Assembly: GCF_963506605.1 (NCBI RefSeq)
Contig: NC_083279.1
Coordinates: 24,242,001-24,306,000 of the forward strand
Source: Zootoca vivipara
Taxonomy: Eukaryota
Length of the DNA stretch: 64,000 nt
Reading direction: 5' to 3'
Of the stretch, positions 13,388-25,382 are shown in pieces. How positions within the stretch are numbered: position 1 is the stretch's first letter; each line of letters opens with the position of its first letter. The notes under the pieces were generated by a model, which saw only the letters and a list, made by a program, of their open reading frames with translations, had not been told where the DNA came from and made no database searches. The translations under genes and the position numbers were made by a program.

Positions 13388-13793
13388 TTGTTGTTGTTTA
13401 GTCGTTTAGTCGTGTCCGACTCTTCGTGAGCCCATGGACCATAGCACGCCAGGCACTCCTGTCTTCCACTGCCTCCCGCAGTTTGGTCAAACTCATGTTC
13501 GTAGCTTCAAGAACACTGTCCAGCCATCTCGTCCTCTGTTGTCCCTTTCTCCTAGTGCTCTCCATCTTTCCCAACATCAGGGTCTTTCCAGGGAGTCTTC
13601 TCTTCTCATGAGGTGGCTAAAGTATTGGAGCCTCAGCTTCACGATCTGTCCTTCCAGTGAGCACTCAGGGCTGATTTCCTTCAGAATTGATTGGTTTGAT
13701 CTTCTTGCAGTCCATGGGACTTTCAAGAGTCTCCTCCAGCACCAGAATTCAAAAGCATCAATTCTTCGGCGATCAGCCTTCTTTATGGTCCAG
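13388..13793 (-). mobile_element. BovB (RTE) LINE 3' end
   Basis: BovB-like 3' sequence with (CAA)n tail; 12-bp TSD CTGATAAGATTT (13376-13387, 13794-13805). Confidence 0.9.
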
Positions 13794-13899
13794 CTGATAA
13801 GATTTACAGGCCCCCAGAATCCATATGAGTTAGGCCTTTGGTCGCCAAGGTAGATAGAAGAACTGACACTAGATTCCTAGGAACAGAGAACAGCATCTC

Positions 13900-13955
13900 A
13901 GAACCCACGAACCTGAGATTAAGAGTCTCACGTTCTACCGACTGAGCTACCCAGC
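13900..13955 (-). mobile_element. tRNA-Lys(CTT)-derived SINE head fragment
   Basis: Reverse complement TAGCTCAGTCGGTAGAACGTGAGACTCTTAATCTCAGGTTCGTGGGTTC resembles tRNA-Lys-CTT but lacks the 3' T-arm and acceptor stem. Confidence 0.7.
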
Positions 13956-15229
13956 AGCTAAAGGGCTTTTTTTCAGTCCTGCATTGGTAACTGCTGCCTC
14001 CAGGCATTGTTTTTGCTGTGTTTGCAGCACCAAAGTGACTTATCTGAGGCACAAGCCTGGGCAGTGTGTATGGAGGTCCCCAACTGCCTAGACGACAAGA
14101 CCCACCTCTCGGCCTCACTGATGTGGTCCAAAGGAAAGGAAATCAATACATTTGGCACCAGCTGGGCTGCAGGATTGCTGGAAGGAGGTGTACAATATGC
14201 CATCCAACCACCATAGGGACGCCACTCTGGATTACCTATACCTATATCTACATGCCATGTTGCTACGGAGGGTTCAGATTGACACCTTGTGCATTAAAGC
14301 ATATGTGAAGGGGCTGCAAGCTATGCAAGCTACCTCTGCCCATGCAGACCATACACTGGTATGCCCCATTCCCATGTGTTTGGTAACTGTGAGAAGGGCC
14401 CCTTCACATTTGCTGATGTACATGTGCAGAGCTCTTCCGTGCAAGGAGGGAGGGAATGCTGACTGCCCTCTCTAATGTGCTTTTAATGTCTGGACCTCAT
14501 TCCCCCCACCCCCCACCCCCAGTGTCTAGCTCCTTCTTCTGCTCAGTTGAAGAGAGGAGTTTCCATTCTCAACAGAATTCCACCGTGGAGGGCACTGTCC
14601 CATTGCCTGTGCTGAGGAAAGATTGAGCAACCAGTCTGGTCAACTTCTGTATGTGTAATTGGGAAGAGCGTCTTGTTCATTGCCTGAGGCAGTGAAAGAT
14701 TTTGAGGTGGCCCAGCTGGTCTTGGTTGGTATGCACAGGAACATAGGAAGCTGTCCTGTGTCAGCTAGTGGTAGGGTTATTATTTTCGTTTTGATTTCTT
14801 ATTATGTTTTCTTATGATGATCTGGAACTTCTGCATACAAAGCAGATGCTCTACTACTGAGCTACAGCCCCTTCTTGTATAATGGCGGATCAGCACAGCT
14901 GCCTGTATTTCCAGACTCTCCTTGGTGGCACGACTATGGTTGCTCTCATTAGGAGCTCCGTCCTGCACTTCAAAACTGACCACCGTGCCATCACCTTCGC
15001 CAGTTACTACACAGCAGCAACCAGGCAGTGTATTCAGTTCACATGCCAGTGGTAGTTTAGAGACTATCCACCCCCATCCACCAACCCCAGAAGCTCTCAA
15101 GGCAGGAAAAGAGCCCATCTGGTGGCCAAGCACCAAATTATAAATACATATGAGGATTAGGGCATAACAATGAGCACATGCACCAGGGAGGCAGTTTTCA
15201 GCCACGCACTTGTGACAACCATAATGTAT

Positions 15230-15692
15230 ACAGTGGTACCTTGGATTACAAACACAATTGGTTCAGGAAGTCTGTACTTAACCTGAAGCCAACTTTCCCA
15301 TTGAAAGTAATGGAAAGTGGATTAATCCGTTCCAGACGGTCCATGGAGTACTTAAACTGAAGTGAACTTAACCTGAAGCGAACTTTCCCATTGAAAGTAA
15401 TGGAAAGTGGATTAATCCGTTCCAGACGGTCCGTGGAGTACTTAAACTGAAGTGAACTTAACCTGAAGCGAACTTTCCCATTGAAAGTAATGGAAAGTGG
15501 ATTAATCTGTTCCAGACGAGTCCGCGGAGTACTCAACCTGAAGCGTACTTAACCCGATGTATGAGTGTAATTGGTTCTGGAAGTCCGTACTTAACCTGAA
15601 GCATACTTAACCTGAAGCGAACTTTCCCATTGAAAGTAATGGAAAGTGAAAATACTCAAACAGAGGTGTATTTAAACCGAGGTATGACTGTA
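15230..15692. mobile_element. Tc1/mariner (Tigger/pogo-like) MITE with 90-bp internal tandem repeats
   Basis: TA-flanked termini CAGTGGTACCT / AGGTATGACTG; AACTTTCCCA recurs at 15291, 15381, 15471 (period 90). Confidence 0.8.
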
Positions 15693-16936
15693 CTCTGGTC
15701 CTGGTTCTGCCTGTTCAAGACCACTGACTCTCTTGGTGAGGACGAAAGCGATAATAAAAATGATGTGTTACTTGGGAGATATATGAGCCTTTGAAAACCA
15801 TACAAGTATGGTGCTAATATTTGATTAATGGGGGTTTTTTGGGGGGGGAGTAATAGCATAAACATTGTTAACTTTCACCTGATTCTTAAAACAAAAACAA
15901 ACTTGGAAGTAGGACTGTGCCTTTTCTTTCTTTTTTACAACTGAATATATTTTCAGGTAGGTATGTTTAGGATCTCAGTTGTAGCTCCCTGACATGATTG
16001 GATGTTGCTATTAAAGAGGTGGAAAAATGATGGGACTTACACACACACACAAACAGCCAAGCTTTCTCACTTGAGTAACCACATGACAACAGCACAGATC
16101 AATAGCAAAGTAATTTGGGACCCTGTGACAGATGCAATGTAAAAATATTTGTGGTGGTGTATATCGTGATATTGCTTAGCATAGGCTCACGGGGCGGGGG
16201 GGGGGGAGTGGGGAGAAGCATTAACGAGATTCTCCATGTCATCAACAATGGTTATGTTGGTCATAAGCCAAACCCTGACAATAACCCAAGATTGAAAAAA
16301 GTTTCTTTGAATTTGTCTTCCTGGTATAATTATGGCAGGTTCAGAGAGGAACCAGATCTGGAGTGTTGTAAAACTCAACACAATGAACTTGACAGACAGC
16401 CAGATTTCTGTTTTCAGTCAGTTTAGGGTTACTATAATCTCATTATTATGCTTGAAAGACGACAAGTAATAGAATCTCAGGTAGCTGTTCTGTCTTTACT
16501 CAGCCGCATCTTCTCTTTTATGCCGATTTCCCTTGATTACCTGAACTAGTGAAGCTCAGTTTTCAGCCACTTATCTCCCAGAAATAATCATCTGATCAGC
16601 CGTGTAAGGTTCTCACTGCACTCAGTGGTTTTAATGGGTCAAGCGTTAAATTAACCCTTTAACCATACCCTTGGAGAATACAAAACTTATTAAGAAGCAA
16701 TTTACTTCTCAGTCATTGTGAACTTCACAAAAGAGAACGCAATGGTTAGCTAGCTTTGCTTGTTGTCTTCTTCTCAAGGATCCTGTCGCCATTTTTTATT
16801 TTTTTAAAATTAAAATGGCAAGAAACCCTGAAAAATTAATCGCTTTACGAAATAGCCCTCCCCCTAAGAAGACTCCACCTCATTTGCTGAGATGAAGTGT
16901 GCATTAAAAAAAAGAATTGTATACTTGTAGGTTGTC

Positions 16937-17025
16937 CATAGCTGCCAAGTTTTCCCTTTTCTCATGAGGAAGCCTATTCAGCATAAGGGAAAATCCCTTA
17001 AAAAAGGGATAACTTGGCAGCTATG
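16937..17025. mobile_element. ~90-bp hAT MITE (CATAGCTGCCAAGTT family), copy 1
   Basis: 15-bp TIR CATAGCTGCCAAGTT; perfect 8-bp TSD AGGTTGTC. Confidence 0.92.
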
Positions 17026-19688
17026 AGGTTGTCCTGTCTGTAGGAATGCCTGCATATTTTAACAAAAGAATGGGTTATTCATACACACACACACACACAC
17101 ACCTCTTTACAGAATAGGGCACCGCTATTTTAGGGTACTATATGACAATCAGCTTTGTCATGGCTGTAACCATCTTCCTCCCTAGGTGGTGTTGCCATAT
17201 CTCCAGGTGGCATTTCAAAGAAAATGAATGGAAAATCAGTGATCTTTTCATAACCAACAGAAGCTTCCAGAATCCTGTTGCTAAGCTGAAGTGTCTATGG
17301 TTGTGGTCTTATGCACATCCGTAGGGGGAGAGAGTTTCACTGAACATGGTTGGACTTACTTCCAAGTAATTGTTGCATAGGGTTGTGTCATTAGTGTCTA
17401 GGAATTGCTAGCACTGAAATGTGTATGCTGAATGAGAACAATAATTTTAAGAATTCAGAAGTGTTCAGTGGTTCTCCCACAGGTGGCAGCCAGGAAAAAA
17501 CCCCTGCCCTACTCCAGCCTAGAATAGCAGAAAATCATGGAGAAGCCTTCTCCTTCACCTTCGCCAGAGGTCGAGCTGCTGCTTCTTGGCCATAATTTAT
17601 TTTATTCATTTATTTTAAGAGTACTTCTTAATATTGAAAAATCTCAAAGCAGTATGCAAAAATACAAAATGGAAACAATAAAATGCCATCATAAAAACAG
17701 AGGCGCAACCCCCCCCCCAAAAAACCCCATTAAAACAGTATTATGAAAACAGATCGAAATAGAAAATCAGTAATAACAGGAGACAATCTTATGGGTCAGG
17801 CAAAGCCCGGACCAAATTATATGTCTTTACAAAACATCTGAAGCAGCTGATGGGTGATGTTTTGTGTATGCCAAAGGGAAGGGCATTGCAGAATCCCAGG
17901 GTAACAGTAGAAAATAACCATTTTGGGATCACTGCTCTGTGATATCCTGTGGGGTGGGGTGCCACCAGTAAGTTACCCTTAACCCATTTCCCTTCTTATG
18001 TTACTTCCTTTTAACACACTGTTCACATTCATAGTAGCTGAATATTCATTTTTTTAACCAAACTTTTTCTTCTACTGTAAAAATACTCTTTAATGGAAAC
18101 TGTCTTGTAATAAAAAGTAAACTGCGCTTACAAAAATCTTACTTTTATAGGGGGGGGAATCAATATTCCAGGATGGGTGTTGCACCCATTGACCCCACAT
18201 GGGCCACAGCCCTAAGAGTTCCCCTTCCCTTTATATATTTTGGAATGTTTGAAGGTCTTTTCTCCCCTATAATTAAATGAGCACACCTTTCAGTCCCTGC
18301 TAGGCAAAGAAAAAAGCATCATCATCATCAACAACAACAACAACAACACTTATAACAACCTCTCTTATTAGAGATAGACAAATGAAGGGCTACAGGACAG
18401 ATCTAGCTCACAAAGCCACTTTCTTAGGCCCCAGTGTATTTAAAAGAAAATACTCTAACTCATAACGAAAGAAGCAATGAACCCCCATGTGTCTTTCAGA
18501 TACGGTTTGCTGCATTGCTATTTTTATTCCCATTGTGAAAAGGCATATACAGTACTGTAACCACCGACAATATGCTGCCTGAATGGATGTTTCGAAAGGC
18601 CTGTGTCTTCCTCAGCCAGTGACCTAATGGGAACTGTGTGCACGGTCTCCATATTTATGAAGTTCTTATTGATGACTGAAGCTAACAATTATAGATCCTG
18701 ACTACCCGTGAGAGAATATTGAATTGTTCACCTCAGAATATGTTCCTAAAAGCAGGGTGACTGGCCATAACCCACAGTAAAACAGGAATCTCAATTTGCC
18801 ATTTGCCGTTAGAGAAAGCAGGGACGATAGTTACATCAGTGGCAGCTAGTAGTTTAACCGCCATGTTACATTCCTTTCGATAAGCTTGGAATTCTTCTTT
18901 TAATGACTAAATCTTGTTTTGGCTGCATAAGTCTTTTTTTTTTAAAAAAAAAAATCTCACCAGGTCGTAAAAATTCAAAGCCTTGCCTAGATACTCAAAA
19001 CTTTTTATGTAATACAGAAAAGAACAGGTAATGGGTTTGGATGCCACCTGTTGTTGTTGTTGTTGGCATCTGGCAGCAATAAAGGAGTGCATAAACCATA
19101 TCTCCATTATAAACCTTTTCATCTGCTGAGATGTGTTCATTTTCCAGTCCTTTAGAGAACCACTATGGAGCACTGGATTCTCAGGCACACTCTTTTTCAC
19201 TATCAGCGTTTTGAGACCATTCCCCATGTGCCCTTAGAAGATACTATGGCACAAGTAATTAAAACTAATGCATTTTCCCCATTCAGACTTCACAGTGTAA
19301 ATTGCTTTCCAACATGTGGATTTATTTTTTTTATGCCATCTATCAATTACGATGCTCTCTTTTATTATTTATAAAGAAAGTAAGCTGGCACTTCTCCCAG
19401 GGGCCTGTGACATTTATTTAAAGAACAAAAATAAATCAGACAACAGTGAAAGATGCAACACTGATCCCTTGAGCTTAGCACATAAATTCCAGAGCTGCTG
19501 TGGGGGCTCCTTCTCTAGCTGAGTTGAAATAGAAAATGTATCCCAATAGGATAACAGGCCTCTCAAGCATGCTTCTGTGAAATCATGGATGACTATGTTG
19601 CGGTCATTACAAAATACTACTAACCAGGAAGGAAGAAAAGAAAGAAAGGGGTCAATCTCTAGAAATCCAACATAACAATCACCTAATG

Positions 19689-19824
19689 CAGGCACCCCCA
19701 AACTGCGGCCCTCCAGATGTTTTGGCCTACAACTCCCATGATCCCTAGCTAACAGGACCAGTGGTCAGGGAGGATGGGAACAGTAGTCCAAAACATCTGG
19801 AGGGCCGAAGTTTGGGGGTGCCTG
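19689..19824. mobile_element. Palindromic hAT (Charlie/MER5-like) MITE
   Basis: TIR CAGGCACCCCCAAACT / AGTTTGGGGGTGCCTG, inner inverted repeat GGCCCTCCAGATGTTTTGG; TSD ACCTAATG/AACTAATG (7/8). Confidence 0.85.
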
Positions 19825-21704
19825 AACTAATGAGCCCAGTCAGCGGAAACATGCAAGGACTTTTGTTTGTGCAATGGGGTTCTCCCCTCAGGGGGAGGAG
19901 AGGGGGAACTGTTCTGTCTGGCAAACTCAACTGCTTCCAGAGACAGAACGTTTGTCACATAGAGAAACACTGAACTCCACCCATAAGCACTGTGAGAGCA
20001 TACAGGGGTGGCAGCTCCTGACGGCCGAGCCCTTTTGGACCCCCCCCTCCCCAATGTCCATAAAGCACAGAGGCAAAGCACAGAGCCAAACACAGTGTGA
20101 CCGACTCCAGTGGCTGGATCCTTCTTTTTCTCTTCCTGCTGTGGGAGGGGGAGGAGGGTCGAAGTGGCCTCCTGCTGGGGGCAGTGCCAGGAGGTGGCAG
20201 AAGAGGCTAGCTGCCAGCCATTGAAGCTGCGCAGCCCCACCCCAGCTCCTCCCAACATCCTGATGTCAAGCGTAACATCACAAGCACGACATTCTTCCCC
20301 CCCCCCACACACAATCATCCTCACAAGCTGGTGCCTCTGAGAGCAGAACAGCCTTAGACTGGAATTGTAAAAATCCATGAGGAATATATGGTGGACCAAA
20401 CTATAACAGGAAAACATCATTTTATCCTATGGATTGTTTGCACACACAGCCTTCTTTCGCTTCCTCTTGGGGTATACTTTGGAGAGCAACTCATCTTGAG
20501 AAAAAGCTCTCATCCCACCTTCAAAACGAAAGTGCTAAGCTCAAGGAATTAAGAGTTGCATCTTCTACCGTCGCCGGCTTCACTTTTGCACTGTTTTCTT
20601 GTTACTGTTCTTATAATAAATCTAATAAAATATAACAAAAAACAAATCAGGGGGTTGGACTAGATGGCCCTCAGTGTCCCTTCCAGCTCTATGATAGTAA
20701 TAAGAACCATGATAGAACAGCAGAAATGCCATAGAAAACTATATAGTTTTTTTAAAAAAATAAAAAAGTAGGAGAACATCTCATAACTAGAGCACCTTGA
20801 CGTAAATGGCAACTCCTTCATAAGCTGGCATTGTCAGGAGCTACAGGTGGTATACAGGCCATTTGGCCATGTGTGGCAGGGAGAAAAAACATTTTCCTTT
20901 ATATTTCAATTATTATCTGCCAAGCCCTCCAGCATATGCTCAGCTGGAACTTATCAGGCTTGGTAGAGGCTCTTGTTGAGCTGTGTCCCTAAGGTGATTC
21001 ACCAGCCGCATGAGTTCCTGAAGGGAAAGTGACCCAGTTTCACAGCTCATTCACATTGATGCCGTATAATCCTTGCATTTTATAAAATGACTTATAAATG
21101 GACATTGTAACTCCAGCATCCAATAGGATACTGGTCCTGTTACTTTTATTATGGAAGGAAGTAGCCAAGTTGACTCTTGGCCCAAAAAGTTTCACATCCA
21201 CAAACTAAAGAAATATTATTTAATACGTCTGTCACTTTGCCTGTTTTTATAGCCCAGCCATCCCGCTAAGCACAGGTGTAACCAGTTGCCATGATGCACC
21301 TGCTTGAATGCAGGTTGTACCAAATTCCTATAGAACAGGGATGGGAAGAGAGATGGGAAGAGTAGAAGGAAGAGGCAGAGAGGGGTGATGTACTCTTCAC
21401 TTTGCTCCTCTCTGAAACCACTTCTCCAGGGAGGGTGACTTCCATAACTCAGGTGGCTATAAAGAATGCCTAGGGAGAAGACATTCAGTGGGAAAGCACT
21501 GGCTGAGAAAAGTTCAACTAGCCCCTCCTGCTTGCCTCTTTGGCACACATACCAAATCCTCCAACATTTCTCCATATATAAAAACAAAATAAAACATTAA
21601 ACATTTTTTTTTAAAAAAAAACCCTTCCCTATACAGGGCTGCCTTCAGGTGTCTTCTAAAAGGTTGAAAAATTACTTACCCACTTGGCTTGAGGGTTGCA
21701 TCAC

Positions 21705-21842
21705 CCTACCCTCCAACATTTATCCGATGAAAATAGGGGCGTCCTATGGGAAAGCGGGACATTCTGGGATCGAATCAGAAACCAGAATGGCTTCTGTAAA
21801 TCCAGGACTGTCCCTAGAAAATAGGGAGACTTGGAGGGTCTG
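21705..21842. mobile_element. Small MITE (ACCCTCCAA...TTGGAGGGT family); related copy at ~38275-38710 split by a Sauria SINE
   Basis: Terminal inverted repeat, and shared internal GGGACTGTCCCT motif with the 9542 element. Confidence 0.7.
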
Positions 21843-22173
21843 ACATACACATACTGCTTATGTGCATTTGGCAACAACTGGACAGGCCAAAGCCCAGTGG
21901 CAGAGCGTTCGCTTTGCATCCAGAAGGGCCAAGGTTCAAGTCCCAGGTAGGGCTGGGAAGGACCCTGGCCTAAAACCTTGGGCAGCCTCCATCTGTCAGG
22001 GCTAGACAATGAAATCTAGAGGAAGCACTGGTCTGACTTGAACTGTAGTTTTTTTAGGAGTTCTGGGAATTGTAGGTCTGTGAGGGAGACACCGCAGTTC
22101 CCCAGGTGAGATTTAAATGTAGAGTGTGGATCTGCCCTCACTATAAGGCAGTATCAGATGTTCCTAACAACCA

Positions 22174-22318
22174 NNNNNNNNNNNNNNNNNNNNNNNNNNN
22201 NNNNNNNNNNNNNNNNNNNNNNNNNNNNNNNNNNNNNNNNNNNNNNNNNNNNNNNNNNNNNNNNNNNNNNNNNNNNNNNNNNNNNNNNNNNNNNNNNNNN
22301 NNNNNNNNNNNNNNNNNN
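22174..22318. other. Assembly gap
   Basis: N run. Confidence 0.99.
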
Positions 22319-22583
22319 AGTGGGTAGGAATACCATATCCTTCAAAGTATCTCTTAAAATATTTCACACAAATCTCCTTCTATCTATCAATATTTTCATG
22401 TCCTAAGCAATTACACTTGGCAAAACACTCATACATTTCAAGCAAAGCTCAGACCTGCATTCTAAGGTATTGATTTAACTTGAAGTATAACAATGTGGAA
22501 TCAAGGAGACCCCATAGAAATTATGCAGATTGTGTGTGTGTGTGTTTATTTTTACTTATTTGCATGTGTCTCTTAAGATACTA

Positions 22584-22936
22584 GGGATGTGGGCGGAGCT
22601 GTGGGTTAAACCACAGAGCTTAGGGCTTGCTGATCAGAAGGTCAGCGATTCGAATCCCCGCGACGGGGTGAGCTCCCATTGCTCGGTCCCAGCTCCTGCC
22701 AACCTAGCAGTTCGAAAGCACATCAAAGTGCAAGTAGGTAAATAGGTACTGCTACAGTGGGAAGGTAAACTGCATTTCCGTGTGCTGCTCTAGTTCGCCA
22801 GAAGCGGCTTTGTCATGCTGGCCACATGATCTGGAAGCTGTACGCCAGCTCCATCGGCCAATTACGCGAGATGAGCGCCGCAACCCCAGAGTCGGTCACG
22901 ACTGGACCTAATGGTCAGGGGTCCCTTTACCTTTAC
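22584..22936 (+). mobile_element. Sauria SINE, full length
   Basis: 12-bp TSD CTTAAGATACTA (22572-22583, 22937-22948); (CCTTTA)n tail. Confidence 0.95.
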
Positions 22937-25368
22937 CTTAAGATACTAATCACACACATACACAGACATAAAATTTGCACTTTCAAAGTAATTTGTTATT
23001 ACACTTCTACCCTGTCCCCTTGACCCAAAGGAACCCAAGGCAGCATCTTGTTGGTTGTATCCTTTACTATTCTAGGTCTTGTTAATCAGAATTTAACCCT
23101 ACTTAGGATTTGTTTTTACAAAAGAGAGATTTGTAGCATGACATCTTTAAAACTTGGTTTTAGAACAGGGGGAGGGATTAATACCTGTGAGCATGCACAA
23201 AGAGGGAAATATTTAATTTAAAGAAGGGAGAGAAAACTTATTTGTCCTGTAGCAAGATCCTCTTAGGAATGGGGGAGAAGTGCAATTCAATCAGCATTTC
23301 AAGGTGTACCCACTTGCACTTTCCAAAACAGTATGCACACCAAAGGTCAGCCAACCTTGGAAATTTGTAACTCCCTGAATTTTGTAGTCCACTTCATCAG
23401 CCAAGTAATGTGTACAAAGATGCATATACCAGTATAAAGTGTGCATAAAATGCATGTATTTGTGAAAATAACACACAAAAGTGCCTTATATTAGGTAAAA
23501 TTGCATGCAGAAATTAGGAGAAATTTGCACTAAAATGCTGGTGAATTTTTGCAAGGGCTTAAAGAAATATATGGCGCACTAATGTGAAAATGGGAAGAAA
23601 CTGAGGCACACCAAAATCAACAGATTTGTCCATCCCTAGAGCCCCCTAAGCTAAACCACCTGGGGTCTGGACTCTCCTGCCTATGATGCCACTCCTCGCC
23701 CCCACACATTTAGATCACATTTCTCCATCAGAGAGTGGCAATGGCCAGGGAAAATGCAAGACCCCTGAGACATCCCTTGTGGGCTGGCATCCTTCTCAAT
23801 AAAAGCTCAGGTAGAAGGCACAGGAAACCAAAAGATTGTCACAACCCTCTACATGCCCAACCAATCACAGCATCTGTGGGTGCCATATCATTTGGAGGTT
23901 CATTCTGTATGATGTTGGAACAGGTGTTTAGTGTGGTGGCATCCACCCTTTGGAATTTGCTCATGTCACTTATCCAACAATAACCATCTGCTTTGGGGTT
24001 TTTTTGGGGAGTCTTCTAAATATGTTCCACTTTCAAAATGCTTTCAAAATGAAGATCATTATCCCAATTGGTATACGTACAGTATCAGATCTGAATCGAT
24101 TTTATGTATATATGTACTATTTTTCTTATATTATTGAAATTGTTATAAGTTTTTTTGTGTGTGTATGAGAGAGAGATTTAGGATGCCTTGTATGAAACCG
24201 TTCATAAAGGAATTAATTAAATAATAAAACCAGAGAAGGGCCAAGAGCTCCCAGTTGGCTAACACTTCTGACTTTTTTCATGTTCACCCTGCCAAACTTA
24301 CTTATTTTTCCATTCATTTCATTGAAGTCCCACCTAGCTACCCTATGGCTATCCCACTTAGCAAGGAAAGGTGGCTACGACCTGATCTAAAGGGTCCTTC
24401 AAATTACCATTTTTTCCCATCATGAAGTGAACCAGCAACACCACTGTGCAGGAGACAAACTGGGTCTTGAGAAGAGTCCTATGTATATATTCAGAAACTA
24501 GAGCAATATGAGTTTGAGATTTGGTGTTGTATGCTCTGTAAATACAGTGGACCAAATTTCATAAGACTAGAAGTCACATGGCCCACCACCTTGAGAGCTG
24601 GTACACATGACTGACACCATCTGCCCAGGAGACACTGCCTTCCTTGGACACTCATATTTTGTGTTACCTAGACCTGGTTGTTTGGGCAGGCGCTACTCCC
24701 CTTGGCCAGTGCGTGTCTTGTGTGGCAACAACAGCAACAATGAGGAGAGGCCATTTTACATCAATGTTCTGCCAGCAAGGACAGCCTCTTTTGCCAAAGG
24801 TTCTGAAAGCCAGAAGGTACTGATACTATTTGCCTTACCAGGCCTAAAAGGTTTAAGGAAGTGTGTAGTAGAGATTTTATTAAGTTTTAGAATGTTTTAT
24901 TATGTAATTTAAACACTCTGAGAACTTCTTCTTGAAAAGTGGATAAATAATGATTTTTTAAAAATCACCTTGCGGAGAATAAAGCCCTCTACTTAACCAA
25001 ATGAACGCAGGAAAAATGCCTCCAATATGGCAAAATGGCACAAAATTCTCCATACTTCACTGATCCAATTATCCAACTAGCCTTCTCCCATAATAGTCTC
25101 TGTCATGGAATTTACTTTTTATGAACTGCAGAAACCCATACCTATTTTTTTGAATTTTGTACTGCATTCTTCACTTTGAAATGAGAGAATCACAGACAGA
25201 TCTCAAAATTCAAACTGTGTGGTTGGGACATATAGAAATCACTTTACCTCTCCTAAAGAGTTTGCATTATGATTAGTTGGTCTGACAAATTCTGGGATAT
25301 TAAATGCCCCCAAAAGAGATTGTAAGGCTCTATGACTGGGTCAGCGACCTTTCACCTTTAAAACTTAG

Positions 25369-25382
25369 GTTGCCATGGCAAC
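25369..25382. promoter_or_regulatory. Perfect palindromic RFX X-box (GTTGCCATGGCAAC)
   Basis: Exact 14-bp match to the canonical RFX consensus in apparently non-repeat DNA; function not shown. Confidence 0.6.

Noticed and set aside
15277-15560. Regularly spaced repeats resembling a CRISPR array
   Set aside because: Units are wholly repeated with no unique spacers, lie inside a TA-flanked MITE, and the DNA is vertebrate with no cas genes
17476-17490. CTCF-like site CCCACAGGTGGCAGC
   Set aside because: Only a partial consensus match; such matches are expected by chance without PWM or ChIP support
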